In this document: in pieces, positions 33,811 to 43,244 of the stretch | Position numbering within the stretch: the first letter of the stretch is position 1 | Layout: each line of letters begins with the position of its first letter | Source: an uncultured Alphaproteobacteria bacterium | Lineage (GTDB): Bacteria; Pseudomonadota; Alphaproteobacteria; Sphingomonadales; Sphingomonadaceae | Direction: 5' to 3' | NCBI GenBank assembly: GCA_963784245.1 | Contig: CAWAQT010000009.1 | Location: 139,658 to 203,657 of the forward strand | Length of the DNA stretch: 64,000 bases | Notes under the pieces: model-generated | What the model was told of the DNA's origin: nothing | What the model saw: only the letters and a program-made list of their open reading frames with translations | Database searches by the model: none | Translations under genes and position numbers: made by a program

Positions 33811-34182
33811 TTACTTCGGACGCTTGGCGCCGTACTTCGAACGGGACTGCTTGCGGTCCTTGACACCCTGGGTGTCGAGAACGCCGCGAAGCACGTGATA
33901 GCGGACACCCGGAAGGTCGCGCACACGGCCGCCGCGGATCAGCACGACGCTGTGCTCCTGGAGGTTGTGGCCTTCGCCCGGGATGTAGCTGATGACTTCG
34001 CGCTGGTTCGTCAGGCGAACCTTGGCGACCTTGCGGAGAGCCGAGTTCGGCTTCTTCGGAGTCGTCGTATAAACGCGAGTGCAAACGCCGCGCTTCTGCG
34101 GATTCTGTTCCATCGCAGGGACCTTGGACTTGGCCTTCTGCGGTTCGCGACCCTTGCGGATCAGCTGGTTAATCGTTGGCAT
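33811..34182 (-). CDS. rpsL: 30S ribosomal protein S12
   Basis: [24 protein letters not shown]. Confidence 0.98.
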   Translation of the reverse strand: MPTINQLIRKGREPQKAKSKVPAMEQNPQKRGVCTRVYTTTPKKPNSALRKVAKVRLTNQREVISYIPGEGHNLQEHSVVLIRGGRVRDLPGVRYHVLRGVLDTQGVKDRKQSRSKYGAKRPK

Positions 34183-34345
34183 GAAGCCCTTCACCTTTAT
34201 GTTGCCGGAAGACCCGGCGGTTACTTTGCCCAAAGCAAAAGCGTGAACACCTGGCGGCCAACGGCCACCCGGCCTTCACGTTGATGAGCAATGTTCAGCT
34301 CTTGCCCGTCAGGGGAACGAGGACGCAGCCCCGCGGACGAGCGGC

Positions 34346-34374
34346 CACATAGCGAGCGAGCGTCGAGGGGTCAA
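34346..34374 (-). promoter_or_regulatory. Sigma70-type promoter of the str operon
   Basis: TTGACC-N17-TATGTG, giving a leader of about 155 nt. Confidence 0.6.
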
Positions 34375-34389
34375 CGCCTTGAGGGCGGC

Positions 34390-34722
34390 TTATTCGATCG
34401 GAGCTTTGGCACCATCCATGAGCGGCTTGGGCTTCGGGCGCGGCTCGACCGGAACCGGCTCTCCGCCTTCCAGGCCGCGCCGAGGGAACCTGCGCCGAGG
34501 GCGCTTGGCTCGGGAGCGCTCGAACTCCGCCCGGGCGGCATCGACATACCCCTGAATACGCTCGGATGTCCGTCTCGCAGTCTCACGGGCCTCAGCCGCA
34601 GCCTTTCGAAGTCTCTCGTCAAGCTCGTCGCGGGCCTGTCGCGTTTCGCGGAGGTGCCGCTGAATCTCTTCGCGATGCCGCTCGATCATCCGATCGAAGT
34701 TGCGCTTGCTCCTGTCGGTCAC
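34390..34722 (-). CDS. Small Arg/Glu-rich coiled-coil hypothetical protein (start uncertain)
   Basis: Open frame with a helical R/E/A segment and Pro-rich C-terminus GGEPVPVEPRPKPKPLMDGAKAPIE. Confidence 0.55.
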   Translation of the reverse strand: MTDRSKRNFDRMIERHREEIQRHLRETRQARDELDERLRKAAAEARETARRTSERIQGYVDAARAEFERSRAKRPRRRFPRRGLEGGEPVPVEPRPKPKPLMDGAKAPIE

Positions 34723-34767
34723 GACTTTTCGAATAGCACGTTCGACGCGCAAGGTCAGCCTCACGGA

Positions 34768-34797
34768 CGACAAACGCGCCGGGCAAACCGACAAACG
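34768..34797. promoter_or_regulatory. 9-bp direct repeat with 12-bp spacer (LytTR-like site)
   Basis: CGACAAACG at 34768-34776 and at 34789-34797. Confidence 0.55.
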
Positions 34798-34893
34798 GAC
34801 TTGATCGACTTGCGATCGCGCCCGGTCGAAACCGACGTGAAACGCGGCGCCACCAGCCGCATCCAGTACCCAGTTACAAAGGGGTACGAGACC

Positions 34894-35127
34894 ATGACAA
34901 GCAAGCCGATCATCTTTGCCGCCGCGATGGCCTTCATTGTCGCTCCAGCGTTCGCGGCCAACACTTCGGCGGGGCAGAAGGCGGACAAGAACGCCGCCGC
35001 CGATCAGAAGAAATACTGTGTCGCCTATGAAAATGTCGTCGGAAGCCGCGTCACCCGCCAGGAATGCAAGACCAAGGCGGAATGGGCCAAGGACCGCGTC
35101 GACATCGACAAGATGTTGAAGGAGTAG
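34894..35127 (+). CDS. Small secreted two-cysteine protein (77 aa)
   Basis: AAGGGG RBS; signal peptide ending APAFA; KYCVAYENVVGSRVTRQECKTKAEW motif. Confidence 0.75.
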   Translation: MTSKPIIFAAAMAFIVAPAFAANTSAGQKADKNAAADQKKYCVAYENVVGSRVTRQECKTKAEWAKDRVDIDKMLKE

Positions 35128-35168
35128 CTTCCGGCGAGGGCGCGGTCGCGAGCCGCGCCCACCTTTCT

Positions 35169-36458
35169 CTAGCGTTCGTCTTTGACGATCTCGCCGCGAG
35201 CCATCACGAAAGCGACCGACTTCAGGACGGTCACATCGGTCAGCGGATCGCCTGCAACGGCAATGATATCCGCCGACTTGCCAGGCTCGATCGTCCCGAT
35301 CTCGTTCACGAGGCCGAGCAAGTCAGCAGCATTGACGGTCGCAGCCTTGATCGCTTCGATCGGCGGCATGCCATTCTTCACCATCAATTCGAACTCGTCG
35401 GCATTGCGGCCATGCTTGGACACGCCGGCGTCCGTTCCGAAAGCGATCTTTACACCCGCCGGATAAGCCTTCTGCAGCGACTGGCCGGTGATCCCGATGC
35501 GCCATTCGATCTGCTGCTTGACCGCTCCCGTATAGGCGTTCGGATCCTTGGCCAGCCGCTCGATGTAGCCGTTCACGGTCGACAGTGTCGGGACGTAATA
35601 GGCGCCGCTCTGCTTGAACAACCGCAGGATCTCGTCGTCCATGACGGTTCCGTGCTCGATGGAGTCCGCCCCGGCGCGCAGCGCGAGCTTGATGCCGTCC
35701 GCACCATGAGCGTGCACCGCGACCTTCCGGCCGTAAGCGTGCGCCGTCTGGACCAGGGCTTTCGCCTCATCGTCGAACATGCGGGTCGCGAGGCCCGTGC
35801 CGCTGTTCACGCCACCGGTCGTCGCAAACTTGATGACGTCCGCGCCACGATCGATCTGGCGACGCACCACGCGGCGGCAGCTTTCGACGCTGTCGCAGAG
35901 GTTCTCGGGATCGGGCAGATGTGCGACGAGCTCGTCGTTCAGTGACCCGCGGCCGTCCATATGGCCGCCTGTCGTGGAGATGCTTTGCGCGGCATCGACG
36001 ATTCGGGGACCCTGGACCCAGCCGCGCTTGACCGCTTCGCGCAATCCCATGGTCACGCCTTTGTCGTCGCCAAGATTGCGGACCGTGGTGAAGCCTGCAC
36101 GCACCGTCTTCATTCCGTTGAGCTGCGCTTCGTAAGCGTGCAGCGGGCCGTCATCGCGGATGTCGGCAAGCAGGCCCTGTTCCCCGCCGCGGTCGCTGAC
36201 CAGGTGCACGTGGCTGTCGATCAGTCCCGGCAGAACGGTCCGATCGCGGAGGTCGATGGCGGAGGCGGCCGCCGGTGGCGGCTGATGGCCGTCGCGCACT
36301 TCGACGATGCGGCCATTCTCGACGATAATGGTGGAGGGACCGAGCGGAGCCTTGCCGGGAACGGCGATCAGCCGTCCGGCGTGGATATAGGTCGGTGCGG
36401 CGATGGCGGCGGAGGCACTGAAAACCAGCACGGCCGCGACAATGAAGCGACGGAGCAT
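35169..36458 (-). CDS. Secreted metal-dependent amidohydrolase (Xaa-Pro dipeptidase-like)
   Basis: LPGLIDSHVH, GADVIK, HAHG, SIEHG, FGTDAGV. Confidence 0.9.
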   Translation of the reverse strand: MLRRFIVAAVLVFSASAAIAAPTYIHAGRLIAVPGKAPLGPSTIIVENGRIVEVRDGHQPPPAAASAIDLRDRTVLPGLIDSHVHLVSDRGGEQGLLADIRDDGPLHAYEAQLNGMKTVRAGFTTVRNLGDDKGVTMGLREAVKRGWVQGPRIVDAAQSISTTGGHMDGRGSLNDELVAHLPDPENLCDSVESCRRVVRRQIDRGADVIKFATTGGVNSGTGLATRMFDDEAKALVQTAHAYGRKVAVHAHGADGIKLALRAGADSIEHGTVMDDEILRLFKQSGAYYVPTLSTVNGYIERLAKDPNAYTGAVKQQIEWRIGITGQSLQKAYPAGVKIAFGTDAGVSKHGRNADEFELMVKNGMPPIEAIKAATVNAADLLGLVNEIGTIEPGKSADIIAVAGDPLTDVTVLKSVAFVMARGEIVKDER

Positions 36459-36501
36459 GGCGGCACCTTAAGGCCGCGCACGCCCCGCGCAACGGCTGTG
36501 A

Positions 36502-36906
36502 TTATTCGGTCGTTTTGCCGTCCCATTCCTCGTGGGCGTGCCGCTTCTCGGCCTCTTCCTTCGTGCGGTGGACGATCTTGTCCTTGTGCTCCGGGGGTCC
36601 GTAGAGCGTGTAGAAGCGCAGGGGAGCGTTGCTCGTGTTGCGGACGTTGTGGCGGGCTCCAGCCGGCACAATGACGGCAAAGTCGTCCTCGACAGGGTTT
36701 TCGCGGCCGTCGATGTCGACCACGCCATTGCCTTCCTCAAAGCGAAAGAACTGGTCGCGGTCCTCGTGAACCTCCTCGCCGATGTCCTCGCCGGCCTGCA
36801 GCGTCATGAGCACCAGCTGCAGGTGCTGGCCGGTGTAGAGCACCCGCCGGAAGTCTTCATTGTCGACCGTCAGCCGGTCGATATCGTCGCAAAAGCCGCG
36901 CTTCAT
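36502..36906 (-). CDS. Cupin-domain protein
   Basis: NEDFRRVLYTG, IGEEVH..DQF, VPAGARHNV, YGPPEH. Confidence 0.88.
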   Translation of the reverse strand: MKRGFCDDIDRLTVDNEDFRRVLYTGQHLQLVLMTLQAGEDIGEEVHEDRDQFFRFEEGNGVVDIDGRENPVEDDFAVIVPAGARHNVRNTSNAPLRFYTLYGPPEHKDKIVHRTKEEAEKRHAHEEWDGKTTE

Positions 36907-36947
36907 GAGGTGCTTTCTCCGTTCGCTGGAAACCCGTCTTAACGCAC

Positions 36948-36972
36948 AACAGACGCACTCGCATGTTGTTCA
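36948..36972 (-). promoter_or_regulatory. EcfG-like promoter of the cupin gene
   Basis: TGAAC-N16-TGTT. Confidence 0.45.
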
Positions 36973-37323
36973 GCCGTTCCAGCTTTTCAACGGATCGTTG
37001 CCCCAGTTCATGAGCGAGTAGCGCCAGCGGGAGGTCGCAATGTTGGCGGGCTCCTGCGCGTGGTGCCGGCGGACGTAGCCGACCACCTTGCGCATGTGGG
37101 CGTAATCGTCGTCCGTGAGGTCGGCCTTCTTCTTGCCGAGGATAGCGACGATGCGGCGACCGCTGGCATGCCCAACGCTCTCTCCGCTGCCCCTCCCGTC
37201 CTTGCCCTTCCAGCCCACGGAGCGGCTTTCCTCGGTGGCGAGCCATTTCCTGAGCTCCGGAGCGGTCATGTTCACCGCTTCGTCGAACTCCTTGCGCACC
37301 TTATTGCGATCGAGGTTGGCCAT
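36970..37323 (-). CDS. DUF3140-like protein
   Basis: F.EAVNMT..EL..WL.T.ES, ESVGH.SGR.I, HMRKVVGY, WRYSLMNWG.DP. Confidence 0.85.
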   Translation of the reverse strand: MANLDRNKVRKEFDEAVNMTAPELRKWLATEESRSVGWKGKDGRGSGESVGHASGRRIVAILGKKKADLTDDDYAHMRKVVGYVRRHHAQEPANIATSRWRYSLMNWGNDPLKSWNG

Positions 37324-37420
37324 CCCGCCTCCAATGCGCGAGACCGCCTGGAGCTCAAGCTGGGCGAAAGCCCGGGCTACTCGGTCGCGATATTCAGCTG
37401 GCGGGATTCGGCTTCGTACG

Positions 37421-38698
37421 TCAATTGCGGTTGACCAACGCTCCGCCCTTGAGGACGGCCACGGGCCGCTCGAGCACAGTCACATCCTGCAGCGGATCGC
37501 CGTCCACAGCGACCATGTCCCCGTAACGGCCCACCTGAATCTCACCCACGTCGTTACGGCCCAGCGCTTCGGCACCATTGCGCGTCGCGGCCTGAATCGC
37601 TTCCAGCGGGGTCATCCCATATTCGACCATGACCCGGAGCTGCTGAGCGACCATCCCGTGCGGCATGACGCCCGCATCGGACCCGAAAACCATGCGCACA
37701 CCCGCCTTGTGCGCCTTGCGGAAATTGTCGCGCTGAACCTGGCCGATCTCGCGGTCCTTGCGGATGTTCTCCGCAAGTTCGCCGTTCTTGGCCCCCTCGG
37801 CCTGCGTGTAGTCGGTGTTCTTGATGTCCATCGCGAACCACACCGGCCGCTTGCGCGCCTTCGCGAGCCGAATGCTCTCGTCGTCGAGAAGGCTGGCATG
37901 CTCGATCGTGTCTATGCCGGCGCGGATCGCCGCATTGATTCCGGTCGCTCCGTGCGCGTGGGCCGCAACGCGGATGCCCTGCATATGCGCTTCGTCGGCG
38001 ATCGCGCGAAGCTCGTCTTCCGTAAGCTGCTGCTGGCCGGGGGTATCGCCGCGGGAGAAGACCCCGCCAGTGGCGCAGACCTTGATCACTTCGGCGCCGA
38101 ACTTGCGCTGGCGGCGAACCTGAAATTTGAGCTCCTCGGGGCTATCGCCGATGCCCTCTTCCTTCTCCTCCTTCTGGAGCTCCGGCGGAAGATAGGTGTC
38201 GTCGCAATGACCCCCGGTCGCGCCCAGGGAATGGCCGGCCGGAACAATGCGCGGTCCGACGACATAGCCGGCCTCTATCGCCTGCTTCAGCCCGACGTCG
38301 ACCCAGTCGCCCGAGCCGACGACCCGCATGGTCGTGAACCCGCCATTGAGCATGTCGCGCGCACTCGCCGTTGCGACAATGGGCCAGAAGCTGCCGGTAT
38401 ATTCGAGAAAGCGATAGCCGCCGATGTCCGCTGGGCTGAGGTGCGTATGCATGTCGATTAGCCCGGGCAGGATCGTCCGATTGCCGAGGTCGATGTGCTT
38501 GACGTCCGCGCCCCAGCGCACCGTTCGCGCATCGCCGATGGACGTGATGTGACCCGTGTCATCGACAAAGATGGCGGGATGCGGAACGTAGCGGCCCGTT
38601 TCGACGTCAAGATACCGATCTGCGGTAATCACCGTCGCGCCAGATGCCGGCGACGCGAGAGCAATCGCCGCAGCTGCGGCAAGCAAGACAGTCTTCAT
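37421..38698 (-). CDS. Secreted Xaa-Pro dipeptidase-like amidohydrolase
   Basis: LPGLIDMHTH, GGHCD, IKVCATGGV, HAHG, FGSDAGV. Confidence 0.9.
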   Translation of the reverse strand: MKTVLLAAAAAIALASPASGATVITADRYLDVETGRYVPHPAIFVDDTGHITSIGDARTVRWGADVKHIDLGNRTILPGLIDMHTHLSPADIGGYRFLEYTGSFWPIVATASARDMLNGGFTTMRVVGSGDWVDVGLKQAIEAGYVVGPRIVPAGHSLGATGGHCDDTYLPPELQKEEKEEGIGDSPEELKFQVRRQRKFGAEVIKVCATGGVFSRGDTPGQQQLTEDELRAIADEAHMQGIRVAAHAHGATGINAAIRAGIDTIEHASLLDDESIRLAKARKRPVWFAMDIKNTDYTQAEGAKNGELAENIRKDREIGQVQRDNFRKAHKAGVRMVFGSDAGVMPHGMVAQQLRVMVEYGMTPLEAIQAATRNGAEALGRNDVGEIQVGRYGDMVAVDGDPLQDVTVLERPVAVLKGGALVNRN

Positions 38699-38714
38699 CG
38701 GTCCCCCAGAATCG

Positions 38715-38733
38715 AATGTTCACAAATGTTCAC
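38715..38733. repeat. Tandem 9-bp direct repeat in the promoter region
   Basis: AATGTTCAC-A-AATGTTCAC, immediately downstream of a minus-strand TTGACC. Confidence 0.6.
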
Positions 38734-38824
38734 GGTCAACCGGCCCCAAACGAAAGGGTCTCGGTCATATGCTTCGAATGAAAGCTGAGTGCCACGCAAG
38801 GACGGCTGTAGGACAGTGCATTCG

Positions 38825-40240
38825 TCAGATGTGAATCACCCGGCCGAATGCGGCGAGGACGCTTTCGTGCATCATCTCGCTTAGCGTCGGGTGCGGAAAG
38901 ACGGACTGGATGAAGTCCGTTTCGACCAGCTCGGCAGTCTTCCCAATGGTGTAGCCCTGGATCAGTTCGGTGACCTCCGCGCCGATCATGTGAGCCCCTA
39001 GAAGTTCGCCGGTTTTCGCGTCGAACACCGTCTTCACGAAGCCGTCCGTCTCACCGAGCGCAATGGCCTTGCCGTTGCCGATGAAGGGGAACTTGCCGAC
39101 CTTTACCTCGTGGCCGGCTTCTTTGGCCCTCGCTTCGGTCAGGCCGACCGAGGCGACCTGCGGGCGGCAATAGGTGCAGCCCGGAATGTTCTTTGGGTCC
39201 GTCGCGTGCGGGTGCACGTCCTTGTTGCCCAGCTCCTGCGCGATGGCCTCGGCCGCTGTGACGCCCTCGTGGCTCGCCTTGTGCGCGAGCCACGGCGGAG
39301 CGGTCACGTCGCCGATCGCCCAGATGCCCGGCACGTTGGTGCGGCACATCGGGTCTGTGTCGATGTGACCCTTGGTCGTTTTTACTCCGAGCCCTTCAAG
39401 CCCCATGTTCTCTGTATTCGGGATGATTCCCACGGCGACGATGGCATGGCTGAAGCGACGCTCGGCCGACTTGCCGTCCTTGGTCTTGATGACCGCCGCG
39501 ACGCCCTTGCCGTCCGCCTTCAGGCTCTCGACGCCGACCGACGTAAGGATTTCCATGCCCTGTTTCTTGAGTTGCTTGGCGAGAAAGTCGCTGACCTCTG
39601 CATCCTCGACGGGCACTACGCGGTCGAGCATTTCGACCACCGTCACCTTGGCGCCAAGGTCCGCATAGAAACTGGCAAACTCGATCCCGATGGCGCCTGA
39701 GCCGATGACCAGCAGCTCGGTCGGCATTTCGGCGGGGGTCATCGCGTGGCGATAGGTCCAGATGCGCTTGCCGTCGGCCTTAGCGAACGGCAGGTCGCGG
39801 GCACGCGCTCCGGTGGCGACGATGATGTGCTTGGCCTGCAACTCGGCCGCCTTGCCACCAGCGCCCGTCACCGACAGCTTGCCCTTCGCGGTGATCTTCC
39901 CCTCGCCCATGTGCACGGCGATCTTGTTCTTCTTCATCAGCCCCGTGACGCCCTTGTTGAGCTGTGATGCGACCCCGCGACTGCGCGCGACCACTGCGGC
40001 CAGGTCGGCCGACACTCCGGTCGCGGCAAGACCGTAAGCCTTGGCGTTCTGCATCTGGTGGAAGACCTCGGCGGAGCGGAGCAGCGCCTTGGTCGGGATG
40101 CAGCCCCAGTTGAGACAGATTCCGCCAAGATTCTCGCGCTCGACTATTGCCGTCTTGAGGCCAAGCTGCGCCGCGCGGATCGCCGCGACATAACCACCCG
40201 GACCGGAGCCGAGCACGATGAGGTCGTAAGATTCAGCCAT
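38825..40240 (-). CDS. lpdA: Dihydrolipoyl dehydrogenase (PDH-linked E3)
   Basis: GSGPGG, GGICLNWGCIP, HPTLSE. Confidence 0.96.
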   Translation of the reverse strand: MAESYDLIVLGSGPGGYVAAIRAAQLGLKTAIVERENLGGICLNWGCIPTKALLRSAEVFHQMQNAKAYGLAATGVSADLAAVVARSRGVASQLNKGVTGLMKKNKIAVHMGEGKITAKGKLSVTGAGGKAAELQAKHIIVATGARARDLPFAKADGKRIWTYRHAMTPAEMPTELLVIGSGAIGIEFASFYADLGAKVTVVEMLDRVVPVEDAEVSDFLAKQLKKQGMEILTSVGVESLKADGKGVAAVIKTKDGKSAERRFSHAIVAVGIIPNTENMGLEGLGVKTTKGHIDTDPMCRTNVPGIWAIGDVTAPPWLAHKASHEGVTAAEAIAQELGNKDVHPHATDPKNIPGCTYCRPQVASVGLTEARAKEAGHEVKVGKFPFIGNGKAIALGETDGFVKTVFDAKTGELLGAHMIGAEVTELIQGYTIGKTAELVETDFIQSVFPHPTLSEMMHESVLAAFGRVIHI

Positions 40241-40619
40241 TTGTCACTTCCTGCGTGGCCACTTCACGCGGCCTGTCATTCTCGTCGAGCGCGACGAACT
40301 TGAAACGCCCCCAGGCAACGCGCGTCTCGGCATCGCCGTGCCGCTCACGCGAGATCGCTTCCGCCGCATAGGTGAGCGACGTTCGGCCGCTTTCAACCAG
40401 CTCCACGTAGACGGAAACCTCGTCGCCCACGCTCGGAGCGCCCTTGAAGCGGAGTTCGTCCGCGGCGACCAACACCGCCTTGCCGCGCACCACGCGCGAC
40501 GCCTCGCTGCCCGCGCCCAGCGCCATCTGGCTGATCAGCCAACCGCCGAACACGCCGCCGTACGGATTGAGATGCGTCGGCATAGCGGTCGCGCGGATGA
40601 CGGGAGTCCCATGGGCCAC
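40233..40619 (-). CDS. Acyl-CoA thioesterase (hotdog fold, YciA-like)
   Basis: NPYGGVFGGWLISQM, FVALDENDRP. Confidence 0.85.
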   Translation of the reverse strand: MAHGTPVIRATAMPTHLNPYGGVFGGWLISQMALGAGSEASRVVRGKAVLVAADELRFKGAPSVGDEVSVYVELVESGRTSLTYAAEAISRERHGDAETRVAWGRFKFVALDENDRPREVATQEVTNG

Positions 40620-40628
40620 TTCAGCCGC

Positions 40629-40841
40629 TCAGCGCGTGTGCCAGTTGAAGAAGAGGCGGAACCCGATCGCCGAAATCAGGAACAGCGGGATCGAGAACAA
40701 CAATCCGGGCGATCCCGGAAGAGGGCGGATGGTGCCCCATTTCGCCCAGCTGTTGATCCAGGCGCCTTCCTGCCCGCCAAGCATCATCGGCAAAAGGAAG
40801 GCCAAGAGCGCGCCCAGGAGGAGTGCCGTCAGCCACTTCAT
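40629..40841 (-). CDS. Small two-TM membrane protein (70 aa)
   Basis: Two hydrophobic segments; fits exactly between the E2 stop and the thioesterase. Confidence 0.65.
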   Translation of the reverse strand: MKWLTALLLGALLAFLLPMMLGGQEGAWINSWAKWGTIRPLPGSPGLLFSIPLFLISAIGFRLFFNWHTR

Positions 40842-40842
40842 C

Positions 40843-42168
40843 TCAGGCCAACATTCCCAGGGGGTTTTCGACCAGCCGCTTGAAAGCCTGCATCAGCTTC
40901 GCTCCATCCGCGCCGTCGATTGCGCGATGGTCGAAGCTGCCGGTGGCCGACATCACGGTCGCGATCTGCAAGCTGTCGTTGATGACATAGGGCCGCTTCT
41001 CGCCCGCGCCGATCGCCATGATCATGCCCTGCGGCGGATTGATGACCGCTTCGAACTGCTTGATGCCGTACATGCCCATGTTGGACAGGCTGGCGGTGCC
41101 GCCCTGATATTCCTGCGGCTGCAGCTTGCCTTCTTTCGCGCGGCCGGCGAGGTCCTTCATTTCGGTCGAGATGGCCGACACGCTCTTGGTGTCCGCACCT
41201 ACAATGATCGGCGTGATCAGGCCCGCCGGGATCGACACAGCGACCGAGACGTCCGCGCGGCTGTACTTGAACAGCTGGTCTCCGGCGAAGCTGACGTTGC
41301 ACTCCGGCACTTCGATCAGCGACTGCGCGAGCGCCTTGATCATCAGGTCGTTGACCGAGAGCTTCACCCCGCGGCTTTCGAGCCCCGCATTGAGCTCGGC
41401 GCGAAGCTTCAGCAGCGCGTCGAGCTGGATGTCGACCGTCAGATAGATGTGCGGAACCTGCTGCTTCGATTCGGTCAGGCGGCGAGCGATTGTCTTGCGA
41501 ATGTTCGAAAGCTTAATCGCCTGGTGCGGGATCGCCTGCTCCATCGGTCCCGGGAGCACGGCATGACCGCCAATCGCGGGTGCCGTTGCAGGGACTCCAG
41601 CAGGAGCAGCCGCCGGAGCCTTGCCCACGGCCGCATCAACATCGGCCCGAACGATCCGTCCGCCGGGGCCGCTTCCCTGCAAACCGCTAAGGTCGATGCC
41701 CTGAGCCTGAGCGAGACGGCGCGCCAGCGGTGACGCCTTGACGCGGTCGCCCTCGGCACGGGGTGCCTGAGCTGCTTGCGCCGGAGAAGCAGGCGTCTCG
41801 AGCGGCGCCTGGGCCGGAGCAACAGCCGGTTTGGGAGTCTCATCTGCCTTCGGAGCGGAAGCTGCAGCCGCCTTGGGCGGCTCCGCGGGCGTATCGGGCT
41901 TCGGGGCAGCCGCGGAAACGTCTTCTCCCTCTGCCGCCAGGATGGCGATGGGAGCCCCGACTTTCACGCCGTCCGTGCCTTCAGGCACAAGGATCTTGGC
42001 GATCTTGCCCTCGTCCACAGCCTCGAACTCCATCGTGGCCTTGTCGGTCTCGATCTCGGCGAGGATATCGCCCGACTTCACCTCGTCCCCTTCCTTCACG
42101 AGCCATTTGGCAAGCGTGCCCTCTTCCATGGTCGGAGAGAGGGCTGGCATTTTGAGTTCGGTGGGCAT
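40843..42168 (-). CDS. pdhC: Pyruvate dehydrogenase E2 (dihydrolipoamide acetyltransferase)
   Basis: [19 protein letters not shown] lipoyl site, [15 protein letters not shown]. Confidence 0.95.
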   Translation of the reverse strand: MPTELKMPALSPTMEEGTLAKWLVKEGDEVKSGDILAEIETDKATMEFEAVDEGKIAKILVPEGTDGVKVGAPIAILAAEGEDVSAAAPKPDTPAEPPKAAAASAPKADETPKPAVAPAQAPLETPASPAQAAQAPRAEGDRVKASPLARRLAQAQGIDLSGLQGSGPGGRIVRADVDAAVGKAPAAAPAGVPATAPAIGGHAVLPGPMEQAIPHQAIKLSNIRKTIARRLTESKQQVPHIYLTVDIQLDALLKLRAELNAGLESRGVKLSVNDLMIKALAQSLIEVPECNVSFAGDQLFKYSRADVSVAVSIPAGLITPIIVGADTKSVSAISTEMKDLAGRAKEGKLQPQEYQGGTASLSNMGMYGIKQFEAVINPPQGMIMAIGAGEKRPYVINDSLQIATVMSATGSFDHRAIDGADGAKLMQAFKRLVENPLGMLA

Positions 42169-42294
42169 GAGCGTCTTTCCGGGGGCAAGAGGCTTCGGGC
42201 ACAAAGCCAATGCGGCGGTCCGGGTCAAGGGCCAGCCGGCTCGTCAACGATGTCGCTTGCGCTGAACAGCGGATTAACGCAGCACTTGTGGTCG

Positions 42295-42768
42295 ATGGAG
42301 GAAGTCGAACCGAAACGCACTTATCTGGTCGTCATCGACGATAGCCCCGAAGCGCGCGTAGCCCTCCGGTTCGCGGCGCGGCGCGCGATCAAGACCGACG
42401 GAAATGTCGAGGTTCTGGCAGTCGTGGAACCGCAGGATTTCGTTCAGTGGGGCGGAGTGCAGGCCGCGATGGAGGAAGAACAAAAGCTGCGGATCGAGGG
42501 TGTCGTCAGCGGAGCCGTCGGCGAAATCATGGACGAATCGGGGGTCAAGCCGTCGATCGTCATACGCAGCGGCGAGCCGGTGAAGGTCGTGCGCGAATAT
42601 ATCGGCGAGCGGCAGGAGGTGGCCGCCTTGGTCCTCGGCGCGGCACCGGCCGGAAGCCCGGGGCCCTTGGTCGCCAATTTCACGGGTAACGACGCGGGCA
42701 AGCTGCCCTGCCCGGTGATGATCATTCCCGGATCGCTCGACGACGATCGCCTGGAGCAGCTGAGCTAG
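42295..42768 (+). CDS. Universal stress protein
   Basis: YLVVIDDSPEARVAL, LVLGA, PCPVMIIPG. Confidence 0.85.
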   Translation: MEEVEPKRTYLVVIDDSPEARVALRFAARRAIKTDGNVEVLAVVEPQDFVQWGGVQAAMEEEQKLRIEGVVSGAVGEIMDESGVKPSIVIRSGEPVKVVREYIGERQEVAALVLGAAPAGSPGPLVANFTGNDAGKLPCPVMIIPGSLDDDRLEQLS

Positions 42769-43244
42769 AGCAGCTTCGCAAGCAGGTCGCACAAAGCGAC
42801 GCAGCCCGCCTCATCCTCTTCGGTGAATCGCCCAGGCGTCGGACTATCCAGGTCAAGGACTGCGATCAGCTTCCCGTCCCGAACGATCGGGATGACCAGT
42901 TCGCTCGCCGAGGCGGCATCGCACGCGATGTGGCCGGGGAAGGCATGCACGTTCGCCACGCGTTGGACCTGGAGCGTCTCGGCTGCGGCTCCGCACACGC
43001 CCTTCCCGAACGGGATGCGGATGCAGGCAGGCCGGCCCTGGAAAGGGCCAAGCACGAGCTCACCGCCAAGGTTGCGATAGAAGCCTGCCCAATTGAGATC
43101 CGGCAGCGTCTCCCAGATCAAGGCCGCAGCGTTGGCCATGTTGGCGGTCGGGTCCGGCTCGCCCGCGGTCAGGCCCTCCAGCGCCGACGCGAGATCGCGG
43201 TACATGACCGCCTTGTCCGCCGCCTCGATCTTGAAATCGTACAT
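42765..43244 (-). CDS. GAF-domain free methionine-R-sulfoxide reductase (MsrC-like)
   Basis: NWAGFY, LGPFQGRPAC, GKGVCG, GHIACD, DLDS. Confidence 0.88.
   Translation of the reverse strand: MYDFKIEAADKAVMYRDLASALEGLTAGEPDPTANMANAAALIWETLPDLNWAGFYRNLGGELVLGPFQGRPACIRIPFGKGVCGAAAETLQVQRVANVHAFPGHIACDAASASELVIPIVRDGKLIAVLDLDSPTPGRFTEEDEAGCVALCDLLAKLL

Noticed and set aside
34291-34893. N-terminal 200 aa of the 278-aa plus-strand ORF
   Set aside because: Shadow of the minus-strand ORF; the RBS and signal peptide indicate a start at 34894.
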